Made by a program: the position numbers and the translations under genes
The notes under the pieces: model-generated
What the model saw: only the letters and a program-made list of their open reading frames with translations
What the model was told of the DNA's origin: nothing
Database searches by the model: none
Assembly (NCBI GenBank): GCA_041395145.1
Contig: JAWLBD010000002.1
Coordinates: 39,890-103,889 of the forward strand
Source: Verrucomicrobiales bacterium
Lineage (GTDB): Bacteria > Verrucomicrobiota > Verrucomicrobiia > Verrucomicrobiales > DEV007
Direction of reading: 5' to 3'
DNA: 64,000 nucleotides
Shown: piece by piece, positions 40,962-50,406 of the stretch
Numbering within the stretch: position 1 is the stretch's first letter
How the letters are laid out: each line of letters starts with the position of its first letter

Positions 40962-42380
40962 ATGCCTGCACGCCGCCCATTTTGCCCCGGACCGATCCGC
41001 CGACGCAGCTTTCTGCAGATCGGATCGCTCGGCGCGCTGGGGTTGGGGCTGGGCGATTTTCTCAAAATGGAGGCGGCGGCGAAGTCGGCGGGATCCCCGC
41101 TGCGGGACACGTCGGTGATCTTTATCTGGCTACCCGGCGGTCCGCCGCACCTGGAGACCTACGACATGAAGCCGGCGGCTCCGTCCGAGTATCGCGGCAT
41201 CTTCAAGCCGATCCCGACCAACGTCTCGGGCATCGAAGTCTGCGAGCTGCTGCCGCTTCACGCCAAGATCGCCGACAAGTTCAACCTGATCCGCTCGATC
41301 CACCACGAGTTTGCGGACCACGGCGGCGGCCACAAGCGATTCATGACCGGGCGCGACCCGCGGGAGCCGACGGGATTTGTCAACGACGCGCCCGCCGTCA
41401 CCTCGGTAGTCGCCAAAAAGCTCGCGCCCAGCACGCCAGACGGGCTGCCGACCTGCGTGGCGGGCGTGGACCGCGGGCGGACCGGGATCGATACGTTCTC
41501 GCTCGGCCCCGCTTACCTCGGACCCTCGCACGTCCCGTTCATCGTAGGCGGCGACCCGAGCGAGCCGGATTTCCAGGTCCAGAATATCGGGCTGGAGCGC
41601 CGCATGGAAGATCGGCTCGAAGACCGGCTCGCCCTGCTCGGCGGCATGGACAAGCTGCGCCGCGACATCGACGCCAGCGGCATGATGGGGTCGATGGATT
41701 CGTTCAACCGGCAGGCGCTCGACATGCTGACCAGCCCGAAGGTGCGCGACGCGTTCGACCTTTCCAAAGAACCCGACCGCGTGCGCGACCGCTACGGGCG
41801 CCACCCATACGGCCAGCGCGGCTTGATGGCGCGGCGCCTCGTCGAGGCGGGCTGCCGCTTCGTCACCATGGTCTGGGAAAAGCCGTTCCCGCAGATCCCG
41901 AAAAACTGCACTTACAATTGGGATTCCCACGCGGTGAATTGCCATATCTTCGACGATCTGAAGTGGCGGCTGCCGCCCTATGACCAGGCGTTGACCGCCC
42001 TGATCGAGGATCTCTACGCCCGCGGCTTGGACAAAAAGGTGCTCCTCATCGCGACCGGCGAATTCGGGCGCACGCCGAAGATCGAGACGCGACCCGGCAC
42101 GCAGACCGGGGTCGAGCAGCCGGGGCGCGACCACTGGCCGCAAGCGATGTCGATGCTCGTCTCCGGCGGCGGCATGCGCACCGGCCAAGTCATCGGCGCG
42201 ACCAACGCCAAAGGCGAACACCCCGCCGAGCGGCCGCTCACGCCCAACGACCTGTGGGCGACCGCCTACCAGCACCTCGGCATCGACTTCCGCGAAAACC
42301 TCCTCGATTTCCAGGGCCGCCCCAACCCGATTCTCCCGTTTGGGGAGCCGATCAAAGAATTGCTCCCGGCGGGAGCCTAG
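40962..42380 (+). CDS. DUF1501 domain protein, second copy, with a Tat signal
   Basis: ORF 40791..42380; the likely start is MPARRPFCPGPIRRRSFLQIGSLGALGLGLGDF (40962). VIFIWLPGGPPHLETYDMKPAAPSEYRGIFKPI and GRDHWPQAMSMLVSGGGM are present. Confidence 0.9.
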   Translation: MPARRPFCPGPIRRRSFLQIGSLGALGLGLGDFLKMEAAAKSAGSPLRDTSVIFIWLPGGPPHLETYDMKPAAPSEYRGIFKPIPTNVSGIEVCELLPLHAKIADKFNLIRSIHHEFADHGGGHKRFMTGRDPREPTGFVNDAPAVTSVVAKKLAPSTPDGLPTCVAGVDRGRTGIDTFSLGPAYLGPSHVPFIVGGDPSEPDFQVQNIGLERRMEDRLEDRLALLGGMDKLRRDIDASGMMGSMDSFNRQALDMLTSPKVRDAFDLSKEPDRVRDRYGRHPYGQRGLMARRLVEAGCRFVTMVWEKPFPQIPKNCTYNWDSHAVNCHIFDDLKWRLPPYDQALTALIEDLYARGLDKKVLLIATGEFGRTPKIETRPGTQTGVEQPGRDHWPQAMSMLVSGGGMRTGQVIGATNAKGEHPAERPLTPNDLWATAYQHLGIDFRENLLDFQGRPNPILPFGEPIKELLPAGA

Positions 42381-42423
42381 CTAGACACAGGGCGGATTAG
42401 TTCGACAGCAGATCGGCGGGCGA

Positions 42424-42931
42424 TCAAAACCCAAACGGATCGTTGGGGTCAGGCGTCGGAAACAGCTCCTCCCGGATCGCGGCGATCCGCTCGGCGGGCA
42501 ATCCGGTGCTTTGCAGCGCGGCTTGGGCGTCCGCCTCGTGCATCATCCCGGCATTTTCCCGCTGGAGAAAAGACCGCGCCACGCTCTCCGCCGCGCTTTG
42601 GCGATCCGGTCCGTCCCGCATGGTGCCGACCCACTGGAGCGCAGCGTGCGGGTCGCGCTCGGCGATGGATAGGGCGAGCACCCCGGCGGCGAGGTCGCGG
42701 TCGCCGGGGATCTCCGCGCCGCTGGCCAGCAGGACCGGCACCGGCACCGGCATGGGCGGATCGGCTTCCCCTCGGCAGCCGCGCGACGCCCGACTCATCC
42801 GCCGCCCCGGCGCTGGAATCGGCAGCGCCTTTCCCCAGTCGATCGCCGCCAATGCCAAACAGCCATGAGCCGCCGAATCCAACGGCGTAGGCAAGAGCGC
42901 TGAGCGCGGCGATGGAGGCGATCCGGTTCAC
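42424..42931 (-). CDS. Hypothetical membrane-anchored protein with an apparent frameshift near 42750-42790
   Basis: The N-terminus MNRIASIAALSALAYAVGFGGSWLFGIGGDRLGKGAADSS is in the frame of ORF 42449..42931. The C-terminus ...LLASGAEIPGDRDLAAGVLALSIAERDPHAALQWVGTMRDGPDRQSAAESVARSFL...DPNDPFGF is in the frame of ORF 42424..42894. Confidence 0.4.
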
Positions 42932-43083
42932 GCAGGCGGAGCATAGACGATGCTGGGCGGCGGGGCATTAGGAGATTTCGGCTTTCAGCGTTGAGACGTT
43001 GAGGTCAAAATCACTGCGGCGATCGGTCTTAGAGCTGCGGGCGGAAAGGCAATGCAGGGAATCCGCGGGGTGCCACCGAAGCG

Positions 43084-43386
43084 TCACTGCCGCATCCGGC
43101 GAACCAAACGCCCGCCCCAAAAACCGATCAAGGCGGGCACCCAACCCGCCGCGACGGCCGCACAGGTCCCCGGCTGATCGGCCGCGATCGGATCGATGCG
43201 ATCCCGGCCATAAAAATGACGGGCGAGCAGCGGGGCGGCGAGATCTTGGAAGGCGAAGGCGGCAACAAAGACCGCCCAGCCAATCGCGAGGGCGGGTGCT
43301 GTCGCTCCCCTCTTCGCACCTACCACGGCAGGAATGGAAAAGGACAGTATCAGGAGGGTGGGCGTGACCGCATTGAGAATCCACAT
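43084..43386 (-). CDS. Small integral membrane protein (hypothetical)
   Basis: MWILNAVTPTLLILSFSIPAVVGAKRGATAPALAIGWAVFVAAFAFQDLAAPLL...AAVAAGWVPALIGFWGG gives three predicted TM helices. The start was chosen to avoid overlap with queA. Confidence 0.4.
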   Translation of the reverse strand: MWILNAVTPTLLILSFSIPAVVGAKRGATAPALAIGWAVFVAAFAFQDLAAPLLARHFYGRDRIDPIAADQPGTCAAVAAGWVPALIGFWGGRLVRRMRQ

Positions 43387-43415
43387 CGGCAAAGGCGAAT
43401 CATCCAAATCACGCC

Positions 43416-44402
43416 TCATTCGATCAACATGCAATCGCCATAGCTGAAAAACCGATACCGCTCCTCGACCGCCTTGGCATAGGCTTCGCGCATCAAATCG
43501 GTGCCTGCCATCGCGCAGACGAGCATGAAGAGCGTCGATTTGGGAAGGTGGAAATTGGTGAGCAGCGCGTCGGTCCGCAGAAACCGATAGCCGGGGTAGA
43601 TGAAGATGCCGGTTTCGCCCGCGCCGGGCTGGAGCGGACCGCCTTCCGCCAAGCCAGCGCAGTGCTCGAGCACGCGGCCGGCGGTCGTGCCCACGGCGAG
43701 GACGCGCTGGGCGGCATTGATGCGCGCGGCGGTTTCGGGGCTTAATTCGTATTGCTCGCGGTGCATCTCGTGGTCTTCGATCTGCTCGGCGCGGACCGGC
43801 TGGAACGTGCCGACGCCGACGTGGAGCGTCAGGTAGGCGTGCGGGATCCCGGCGAGGATCTCCGGCGTGAAATGCAGCCCGGCGGTCGGTGCGGCGATCG
43901 CCCCCGCCTTCGCCGGATCGGCATAGACCGTCTGGTAGCGTTCGAGATCGCCGGGATCGGATTCGCGCCCCATGTAGTGGGGCAAAGCGAGCCGCCCGTG
44001 CGTGGCGACGTCGATTTCCTGGTCCCAGGCGATGAGGCGCTCGCCCTTATCGAGGACCTCGGCGACCTCGCCTTCGCAGCCGCCGACGGTGACGCGGTCG
44101 CCGATCCGCATCTTCCGCCCGGGGCGGACGAGGCATTTCCAGCGCAGCGGATCGGCGAAGTCGAGCCGCACGATTTCTTTCTTGCCGTCGTCGGAGAAGA
44201 ACCGGGCTGGCAGCACGCGGGTGTTGTTGAGCACGCAAAGGTCGCCCTCGCGGAGCTGCGCGGGGAAATCGGCGAACCGGAGGTGCTCGATCCGCCCCGC
44301 CGCCCGGTCCACAAGCATCATGCGCGAGGCGTCCCGCCGCTCCGGCGGGCGCGAGGCGATCAATTCCTCCGGCAGGTGGTAGTCGAAGTCGTCGGTCCTC
44401 AT
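43416..44402 (-). CDS. queA: S-adenosylmethionine:tRNA ribosyltransferase-isomerase
   Basis: MRTDDFDYHLPEELIASRPPERRDASRMMLVDR...VLNNTRVLPARF...GAIAAPTAGLHFTPE...LHVGVGTFQPV...VGTTAGRVLE...NFHLPKSTLFMLV. Confidence 0.95.
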   Translation of the reverse strand: MRTDDFDYHLPEELIASRPPERRDASRMMLVDRAAGRIEHLRFADFPAQLREGDLCVLNNTRVLPARFFSDDGKKEIVRLDFADPLRWKCLVRPGRKMRIGDRVTVGGCEGEVAEVLDKGERLIAWDQEIDVATHGRLALPHYMGRESDPGDLERYQTVYADPAKAGAIAAPTAGLHFTPEILAGIPHAYLTLHVGVGTFQPVRAEQIEDHEMHREQYELSPETAARINAAQRVLAVGTTAGRVLEHCAGLAEGGPLQPGAGETGIFIYPGYRFLRTDALLTNFHLPKSTLFMLVCAMAGTDLMREAYAKAVEERYRFFSYGDCMLIE

Positions 44403-44408
44403 CCGGCT

Positions 44409-45218
44409 CTAAAAAACCTCGCGCAGGTAGCGCAGGCTCTCGGTGGCGATCGTCTCCGGGTCCGGCGTGTAGTCGAAAACCTCGACGCTGACCCAGCCAT
44501 CGTAGTTGGTCTCGCGGAGCGCCGCGACGATCGGCTCGTATTTGACCTCGCCGAAGCCGGGGCCGCGCAGGTTCGGGTCGTTGGCGTGAAAGTGGATCGT
44601 GTGCGCCTGCGAATCGCGGATGATCTCCGGGATCGACTTTTCCTCGTCGCTCATCGCTTTCACATCCAGATGGAGCTGGCACGCCGGGTGGCCGACCTGC
44701 TCGATCAATGCCACCGCCTCCGCCGCCGTGGTCAGGAAATTGGTCTCCTTCCGCGCCAGCGGCTCTAGCGCGATGCGCACGCCGAGCGGACCGGCGACTT
44801 CCGCGACTTGGCGCAACGCCTCGGCAGCGCGCTTGGCGGCGTCCTCGTAGAGCCATCCTTCCTCCAGATTGCGCTGCTTCGGGCTGCCCCACACCATGAT
44901 CGTGCCGCCCATCGCCGCGCAGAGCCGCGCGAGGTGGCTGGCGAAGGCGACGGTCTCCGCGCGCAGGTCGTCGTCTGGCGTCGTCAGGTGCAAGTGCGAG
45001 GGTTTGACCAAGAGCCAATGCAAGCCCACCACCTCCAAGCCCGCCGACCGCGCCCGCGCGCCGTAGTCCTGCGCCACATCCTCGGTCAGGTCGCGCGGAT
45101 CGTCCTTCAACGTAAACGGCGCGATCTCAACGCCTTGGTAACCGGTCGCCGCGATATGGGCGCAGGCTTGGTCAAAGTCCCAGTTCTGGTAGGTTTCGTT
45201 GCAGATGGCGAATTTCAT
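44409..45218 (-). CDS. Sugar phosphate isomerase/epimerase (xylose isomerase-like TIM barrel)
   Basis: [37 protein letters not shown]...[41 protein letters not shown]...HFHANDPN, the AP_endonuc_2 pattern. Confidence 0.85.
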   Translation of the reverse strand: MKFAICNETYQNWDFDQACAHIAATGYQGVEIAPFTLKDDPRDLTEDVAQDYGARARSAGLEVVGLHWLLVKPSHLHLTTPDDDLRAETVAFASHLARLCAAMGGTIMVWGSPKQRNLEEGWLYEDAAKRAAEALRQVAEVAGPLGVRIALEPLARKETNFLTTAAEAVALIEQVGHPACQLHLDVKAMSDEEKSIPEIIRDSQAHTIHFHANDPNLRGPGFGEVKYEPIVAALRETNYDGWVSVEVFDYTPDPETIATESLRYLREVF

Positions 45219-45290
45219 TCCGACCCTTTAGCGGGAATCTCGGCGATGGCTACCGGTTTGCGAAACCGAAGGGGAAACGCGCCGCCTGCT

Positions 45291-47351
45291 TCACCGCCCA
45301 CCCTCCGCAGGTTCGAGGAATGCCTTGCCTTCACGGTAAATCTCCGCCCGCGACTCGAGATCCTCCGCCAAGGCTTCTTGGCTCCGGTCGCGAGCGAGCG
45401 CCGCCCCTTCCCGCGCCGTTTTTTCGGCGTCGGCGAACCGCCCGGATGCTGCCAGCGCAGCGGCCAGCGTGTCGAGGATCGCCGGTTCTCTACGCCCCGT
45501 CGCGCGGGCGGCGAACTCCGCGAGGCGGAGCGCCTCGGCGGCGTCGGCGACCTCCGGGTCAGCGCAGGTCCCCAGCAACCAGGCCAGTTCGTTGGCGGCG
45601 AGGGCGGACTCAGGCTGGAGCGCATGCGCCTCCCGGTAATGCGGAAGCGCCTCCCGGCTCTTGCCCTGATTCTTCAACGACTGCGCGAGCCAGAGCCGGG
45701 CGACGCCATCGGCGGGATCGGCATCGGCGAGATCTCGGAGGTGGGCTTCCGCCTCGGCAAAGCGCTGCGCCGCCATCAGGGCGACCGAACAAAGCTTCCG
45801 CGTGTTTTGGTTGGCCGGATCGCCGGCCAGCGCGGCGGAGAAATGCGGTGCGGCTTCCGCGTGGCGGCGCAGTTGGAACAAAACGACGCCGAGGTCGTGG
45901 CTGATCCGCGGCTGACCCGGGCGGAATTCAAGAGCGCGCTGATAGGCATCCACCGCGGCAGGGAGTTGGCCCTTCTCGCGAAAGCCATCGGCGACGGCAT
46001 AGTATGAATCCGCCAATCCAGGCGCTCGGGATGCTGGCGGCTGATCGCTCGCTTCGGCTTCGAACCGCCGCAGGAATTCGGCGGCTCCGGCCGGGTCTTT
46101 GGCCGCGACCAGTTCCCGTGCGAATCCGGTAGGATCCTCCGGCGGCGGATCTAAGAACCAGCGCCCGGGAAAGTGGGCGGCGTGATCGCGGCGCTCTTGC
46201 GGGGAGCCATCGATGGCGGCCACGTCAGCAAGCAAGTCATCGACCTCCACCGGACCGCGGTAGATCGCCGCGACCCGGCCGCGCGCATCGAGCAAGATCC
46301 CGCAGGGTAGCGGCAGCGGGTTGTGGCGGTCCACCAGCGCCTTAGCCGCTGAATCAAGCACGGCGACCAATTCGCGCGAAGCAATCCCGCCTAAAAACGG
46401 AAAGCCGGTCTGTTTCAATGCCGCTTCGACCGCCGCGCGATCCGCCCCAGGCGAATCCCCGATTTCATCGACGCTGAGCGCGAGCACGGCGAGATTGGCG
46501 GCGCGGATCCTTTCTTCGGCGGCGGCAAAGCGCTTCAATTCGGCGAGGCAGGGCGCGCACCAGGTGGCCCAGATGTTGATCAGCGCGGGTTGGCCCGCGA
46601 GCCCCGAGATGCGGTCCGCGTCGCCATCAAAGCGGGAGAACCCTGCGTCCGGGAGCGGCAGCCGCCCCGCCAAATTGATCCGCGCGATGCCCGTCTCCGG
46701 CGGAGCCTCCGCCTTCCCCGCAGCGATGCTTACGCTCGGGCGCGGCGGCTCCCAGACCGCGGGCTCCCCGCCTTGCGTGATCTCCAAAAACCGGCCGGCG
46801 GCGAGATCCGCAAAGGAATCGACGGTGCCATCAGGCCAGCGGACTTCGAGCCGGTCCACTCGAGCCAATTCGCCCAGCCCAAACGATATCCATTTGCTCG
46901 ACTGCGCGACGAAGCCCTCGCCCGCGCGCAGCGATTTGACGAGCCGCCGCTCGCCGGATTCGCCCGCGATCGTGGCGGTGAGGCGCGCCCCGACCGCATC
47001 TCGATTGCCGCTCCGGCCGACCAGTTTTACCGCGAGGAAATGGTTGCCGGTGATCGAGGCGTTGCGCAGAAGCCGGAGCGCCGGACCCGTCCGGTTCGAT
47101 ACCCAAAAATCGCCGCGCCCATCAAAATCCCAGTCCACCGCCGCGATGCCGCGCCCGTCGTCAATCAGGTCGAGCCCCGACGCCGATGAGACGTTGGCGA
47201 AGCGCGGGCCGCCGGTATTCAGAAACGCGCAATGGCGCTCGAACCCGCTGAGCGAGCGCCCTTCTTCGAGAAGCGCATTCATGGCCGCCCACGCTTTCCG
47301 ATAGCGGAAGATCGCGCCTGCGTCAGACTCGTCTGCCGGGGATTGCGACAC
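45291..47351 (-). CDS. UnbV_ASPIC domain / TlpA-like thioredoxin domain / TPR-repeat protein; probably the C-terminal continuation of the upstream ORF
   Basis: UnbV_ASPIC: HFLAVKLVGRSGNRDAVGARLTATIAGESGERRLVKSLRAGEGFVAQSSKWISFGLGELARVDRLEVRWPDG. Thioredoxin: ALINIWATWCAPCLAELKRF. Six or more TPR units sit at the C-terminus. The listed GTG start is in frame with, and 7 codons after, the TGA of ORF 47373..49319. Confidence 0.85.
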   Translation of the reverse strand: MSQSPADESDAGAIFRYRKAWAAMNALLEEGRSLSGFERHCAFLNTGGPRFANVSSASGLDLIDDGRGIAAVDWDFDGRGDFWVSNRTGPALRLLRNASITGNHFLAVKLVGRSGNRDAVGARLTATIAGESGERRLVKSLRAGEGFVAQSSKWISFGLGELARVDRLEVRWPDGTVDSFADLAAGRFLEITQGGEPAVWEPPRPSVSIAAGKAEAPPETGIARINLAGRLPLPDAGFSRFDGDADRISGLAGQPALINIWATWCAPCLAELKRFAAAEERIRAANLAVLALSVDEIGDSPGADRAAVEAALKQTGFPFLGGIASRELVAVLDSAAKALVDRHNPLPLPCGILLDARGRVAAIYRGPVEVDDLLADVAAIDGSPQERRDHAAHFPGRWFLDPPPEDPTGFARELVAAKDPAGAAEFLRRFEAEASDQPPASRAPGLADSYYAVADGFREKGQLPAAVDAYQRALEFRPGQPRISHDLGVVLFQLRRHAEAAPHFSAALAGDPANQNTRKLCSVALMAAQRFAEAEAHLRDLADADPADGVARLWLAQSLKNQGKSREALPHYREAHALQPESALAANELAWLLGTCADPEVADAAEALRLAEFAARATGRREPAILDTLAAALAASGRFADAEKTAREGAALARDRSQEALAEDLESRAEIYREGKAFLEPAEGGR

Positions 47352-47372
47352 GACCTGCCGCCAGTTGAAGCT

Positions 47373-49319
47373 TCAGAGATCGCCGGTGTCCTCCGTGGTG
47401 ATGAATCCATTGGCGACGAACAAATCTTCCCGCCCGTCGTTGTTGAAGTCGCTGAAGACCGCCCCCCACGCCCAGCGCCCGTAGTTGACCGCCGCCTCCA
47501 TGGTTGCGTCGGAAAACCCCTTCCCACCTTGGTTGAGGAAAAGCGAATTGCCCCGCGCGTGCCGCTTAAAGTCGCCGAGCGTCGCGTCATCGATGCCTGC
47601 CATAAACTGCCGCTGCCCGGTGACGCGCTGCCCGGCGGAGGAAAACATGTTGCCGACGTAGAGGTCCATCCAGCCGTCGTTATTGTAGTCGCCCCACGCC
47701 GCCGACATTCCCGCGCCGATGTCTTCGACGCCAAGCTCGGCGGCGACATCGCGGAACGATCCGCCATCGTTGCGGTAGAGGTTATTGCGCCCGAAATCGT
47801 TGGCGACATAGAGGTCGGGGTCGCCGTCGTTGTCGTAGTCCTCCCACGCGGCGGCGAGCGAGAACCGGCGGTTGTTTTCGTCCATGCCGACCGCCTTCGT
47901 CACGTCGGTGAACGCCCAGCCGCCGTCGTTGCGCCACAGCGATCCGGGTCCGCCGTTGTTCGCGTCATGGTAGGGGAGCGGCAGCCCCTGCACCCGGCTT
48001 TCGCCGCCGACCGACCCCGCCGGATAGCGTCCGCAGGCGTACACGTCCAGATCGCCATCGCCATCGAAATCCGCCGCTGCGAGCGAGTAAACCGATCCCG
48101 GACAAAGCCGGGACGACCGCAGCGCGAACCTCCCCGTGCCGTCGTTTTCCAAAAAGAGCAGGTGCCACGCAAGCGCGAGAACCAGATCTTGGTCGCCGTC
48201 ATTGTCGAAATCCAAAAAGAGCGCACTCCTTGAAAAATCGAGCCAATCGAGACCGGAATCGGCGGGCGCATCCTGCGCGGTGCCGTCGGGTTGATGGAGG
48301 AAGAGCCGGTTGGGCAATCCGCCCGATCGGAGCAGATAGACGTCGTCCAGCCCGTCGCCATTGGCGTCGCCCACCGCCAATCCATGGTTCCCGGCGAGAT
48401 CGGATTGGAGCGACCGGTCGGTCCGGACGCGCCAGTGGTCGTAGCTTTGCGCGATCTGGCTCGCGTAGGACTCGGTTGTGCCTAGCACGCCGAGGGTCGC
48501 GTCGTCAAAGCGCAGCGCGCCTCCTGGTTCGGGGAGGATTTCCTCATAGTCCTCGACCGCGATCGACTGGAGTGTCACGCTCTCCCCCAAGCGCCACCGG
48601 CACTTCCACGTCGCGCTGATCTGCACGCGCCCGGCATCTCGGGAGCCGCTGATCTCAAAGTAGCTGGTCGTCTCCATCGCCTCACCCGCGATTGACACGC
48701 GGATGGTTTTGAACTTTGAGCGGATCTCTCCGGCACCGGCGAGCGGTCCGGCGAGTTGACTGAGGGCGGTCGCCAACCCGGCGGCCCCAGCGTGTTGCGC
48801 AGGAGCCGGGGCGTCACGCCGCGGCGGCCGGAAAACGCGGGTCGCCGAATCGCGGAACACCGCGTTCAGTTTCTCGGGGCGAAGGGGAGCGCAGGCGAAA
48901 TCCGGCGCGAGGAGCGGCTCCAGGTCGCCGGCAGGCGGGTTCTCCGCCGCGTGGGCGAGCCACTTTCCGATCTCTTTCAGTTGGTGGTCGGCTTCGGCGC
49001 TGGCCACCTCGCTGTCCCACCCGGCGGCAGCGGCGTCGAGGTTGGCGAATTCATCGCTCAGAAATGCTTCGGCTGCCTCACTAGCCTTCGGCATCTGGCC
49101 GAGGTCCTCATCGGTCGGCGGCGGCCCTAGTTTTGGTTCGGCCGTCGCGCGCCCGTCGTCCGAGATCGCCTGGGCGCGTTCGATGGGTTGTTCGCGCTCG
49201 CCTGCGGCTTTCGGCGGCGGATCGGAGCCGCCGCATCCGGCGGACGAGAAGGCGATCACCCAACCGAGCAAAAGCCCACCGGCGATGCGGGGCACGGTGG
49301 CTTCGGCAGGGGAACTCAT
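47373..49319 (-). CDS. FG-GAP/VCBS repeat protein (CRTAC1-like N-terminal part)
   Basis: 648 aa with a lipoprotein-like leader (...AFSSAGCGG). Repeated VCBS/FG-GAP units (GDANGDGLDDVYL, FLDFDNDGDQDL, AADFDGDGDLDVY, WEDYDNDGDPDLYVAN, WGDYNNDGWMDLYVGN, FSDFNNDGREDLFVANG). Confidence 0.85.
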   Translation of the reverse strand: MSSPAEATVPRIAGGLLLGWVIAFSSAGCGGSDPPPKAAGEREQPIERAQAISDDGRATAEPKLGPPPTDEDLGQMPKASEAAEAFLSDEFANLDAAAAGWDSEVASAEADHQLKEIGKWLAHAAENPPAGDLEPLLAPDFACAPLRPEKLNAVFRDSATRVFRPPRRDAPAPAQHAGAAGLATALSQLAGPLAGAGEIRSKFKTIRVSIAGEAMETTSYFEISGSRDAGRVQISATWKCRWRLGESVTLQSIAVEDYEEILPEPGGALRFDDATLGVLGTTESYASQIAQSYDHWRVRTDRSLQSDLAGNHGLAVGDANGDGLDDVYLLRSGGLPNRLFLHQPDGTAQDAPADSGLDWLDFSRSALFLDFDNDGDQDLVLALAWHLLFLENDGTGRFALRSSRLCPGSVYSLAAADFDGDGDLDVYACGRYPAGSVGGESRVQGLPLPYHDANNGGPGSLWRNDGGWAFTDVTKAVGMDENNRRFSLAAAWEDYDNDGDPDLYVANDFGRNNLYRNDGGSFRDVAAELGVEDIGAGMSAAWGDYNNDGWMDLYVGNMFSSAGQRVTGQRQFMAGIDDATLGDFKRHARGNSLFLNQGGKGFSDATMEAAVNYGRWAWGAVFSDFNNDGREDLFVANGFITTEDTGDL

Positions 49320-49376
49320 CGGCGAGCGCCTCCCGGTCTTTCGGCGAAAGGCTTGGCTCGGATTGCGCGCGCGAAG

Positions 49377-50377
49377 CTACAGGCGGGAGCGGCGGCGCCG
49401 GAAGAGGGCGACCGAGATACCGATCGCCGCCAGCAGGATACGGGACGGCTCCGGCACGGTGATCGCCTGCAGACCTGCGCCGGTGGCGTTGTCCAAGACG
49501 AGCGAGTAACCGGCTCCGCTCGGAGAAACAAGCCCCGGCGTTCCCGTCGGCAATCCGGTCGCTGGACTCCACAGCTGGGAAACCCACGGGCGGGAATCGC
49601 TAGCCAGCGAGACCATGCCTGACCCGGCGTCATAGAGGTCGAACAGGCTCTCCACCTCGATGGCGTTGTAGCGAAGGTCTTGGGCTAGCCCGAGGTTGCG
49701 TAGCGCATTGACTTGATCGGAGGTCAGCGCGGAATCGAAGACGAAGAGATCATCGACGAGTGCGTCTAGGTCTTGGTTGTCGTAGCGCCCGAGTTCGATA
49801 TTCAACTCGCCAGGATTGACACCGCCATCCGCGCGCGAACCGGATACCGTCGTCTGGACTAGAGGGTTGTCGTTGCCCACATAGAGGGTCGCCAGATCGT
49901 TTGGTTTGTCGAAGGTCCCGACCACGTAGGTCCAAACGCCAGTCGGCGCGGGAGCAACGCCATTGAGGGAGCCGCCGCTGGCAATCCCCCACTGGTTTCC
50001 GTTCAAGTGGATGCCTCGATCCCAGCCGCCGTTGTCGATGGCGAGCGCCCCGGGGAAGCCTGCATTCGTCTGAAGGTTAAACCAGCCGCCAAAGGTAACA
50101 GTAGGCTGCTCGGTCGGATTCGCATTAATCGGGATATTCACCGACCCACCGGAGTTTCCCCCACCATTGCCCGCCGGATCGTTCACATCCAGCGCCTGCC
50201 CGCGAAATCCCCCGCTACGAAGCTAAGCTCGCCGGGGTTCTGGGCGGGAACTGCCGCCGGTCCGACGGAGCCGTTGTAGTTGCCCTCGAATTCATAATAG
50301 CCAAGCAGGTTTGCCGCTTGAAGGGAGGAAACGCTAAGAAGCGCCGCCGAAAGGGCGAGAACGGATGATGTCTTCAT
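49377..50377 (-). CDS. LamG/concanavalin-like lectin-domain protein with a PEP-CTERM sorting signal; single-base frameshift near 50186-50195
   Basis: The signal peptide and start of the domain (MKTSSVLALSAALLSVSSLQAANLLGYYEFEGNYNGS...GDFAG) are in ORF 50183..50410; the remainder is in ORF 49377..50186. Restoring one C (GGCAGG to GGCCAGG) gives ...GDFAGQALDVNDPAGNGGG. The C-terminus VPEPSRILLAAIGISVALFRRRR is a PEP-CTERM motif. Confidence 0.75.
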
Positions 50378-50406
50378 GATAGAAATTTTGCGCGTTTTAG
50401 CGAATC

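Noticed and set aside
47300-47372. SECIS-like hairpin downstream of the in-frame TGA.
   Set aside because: By eye I find only weak or very short pairings (for example CAGAC-GA-GUCUG). Nothing resembles a bacterial SECIS stem-loop at the right distance. The selenocysteine idea is kept only as a low-probability alternative.
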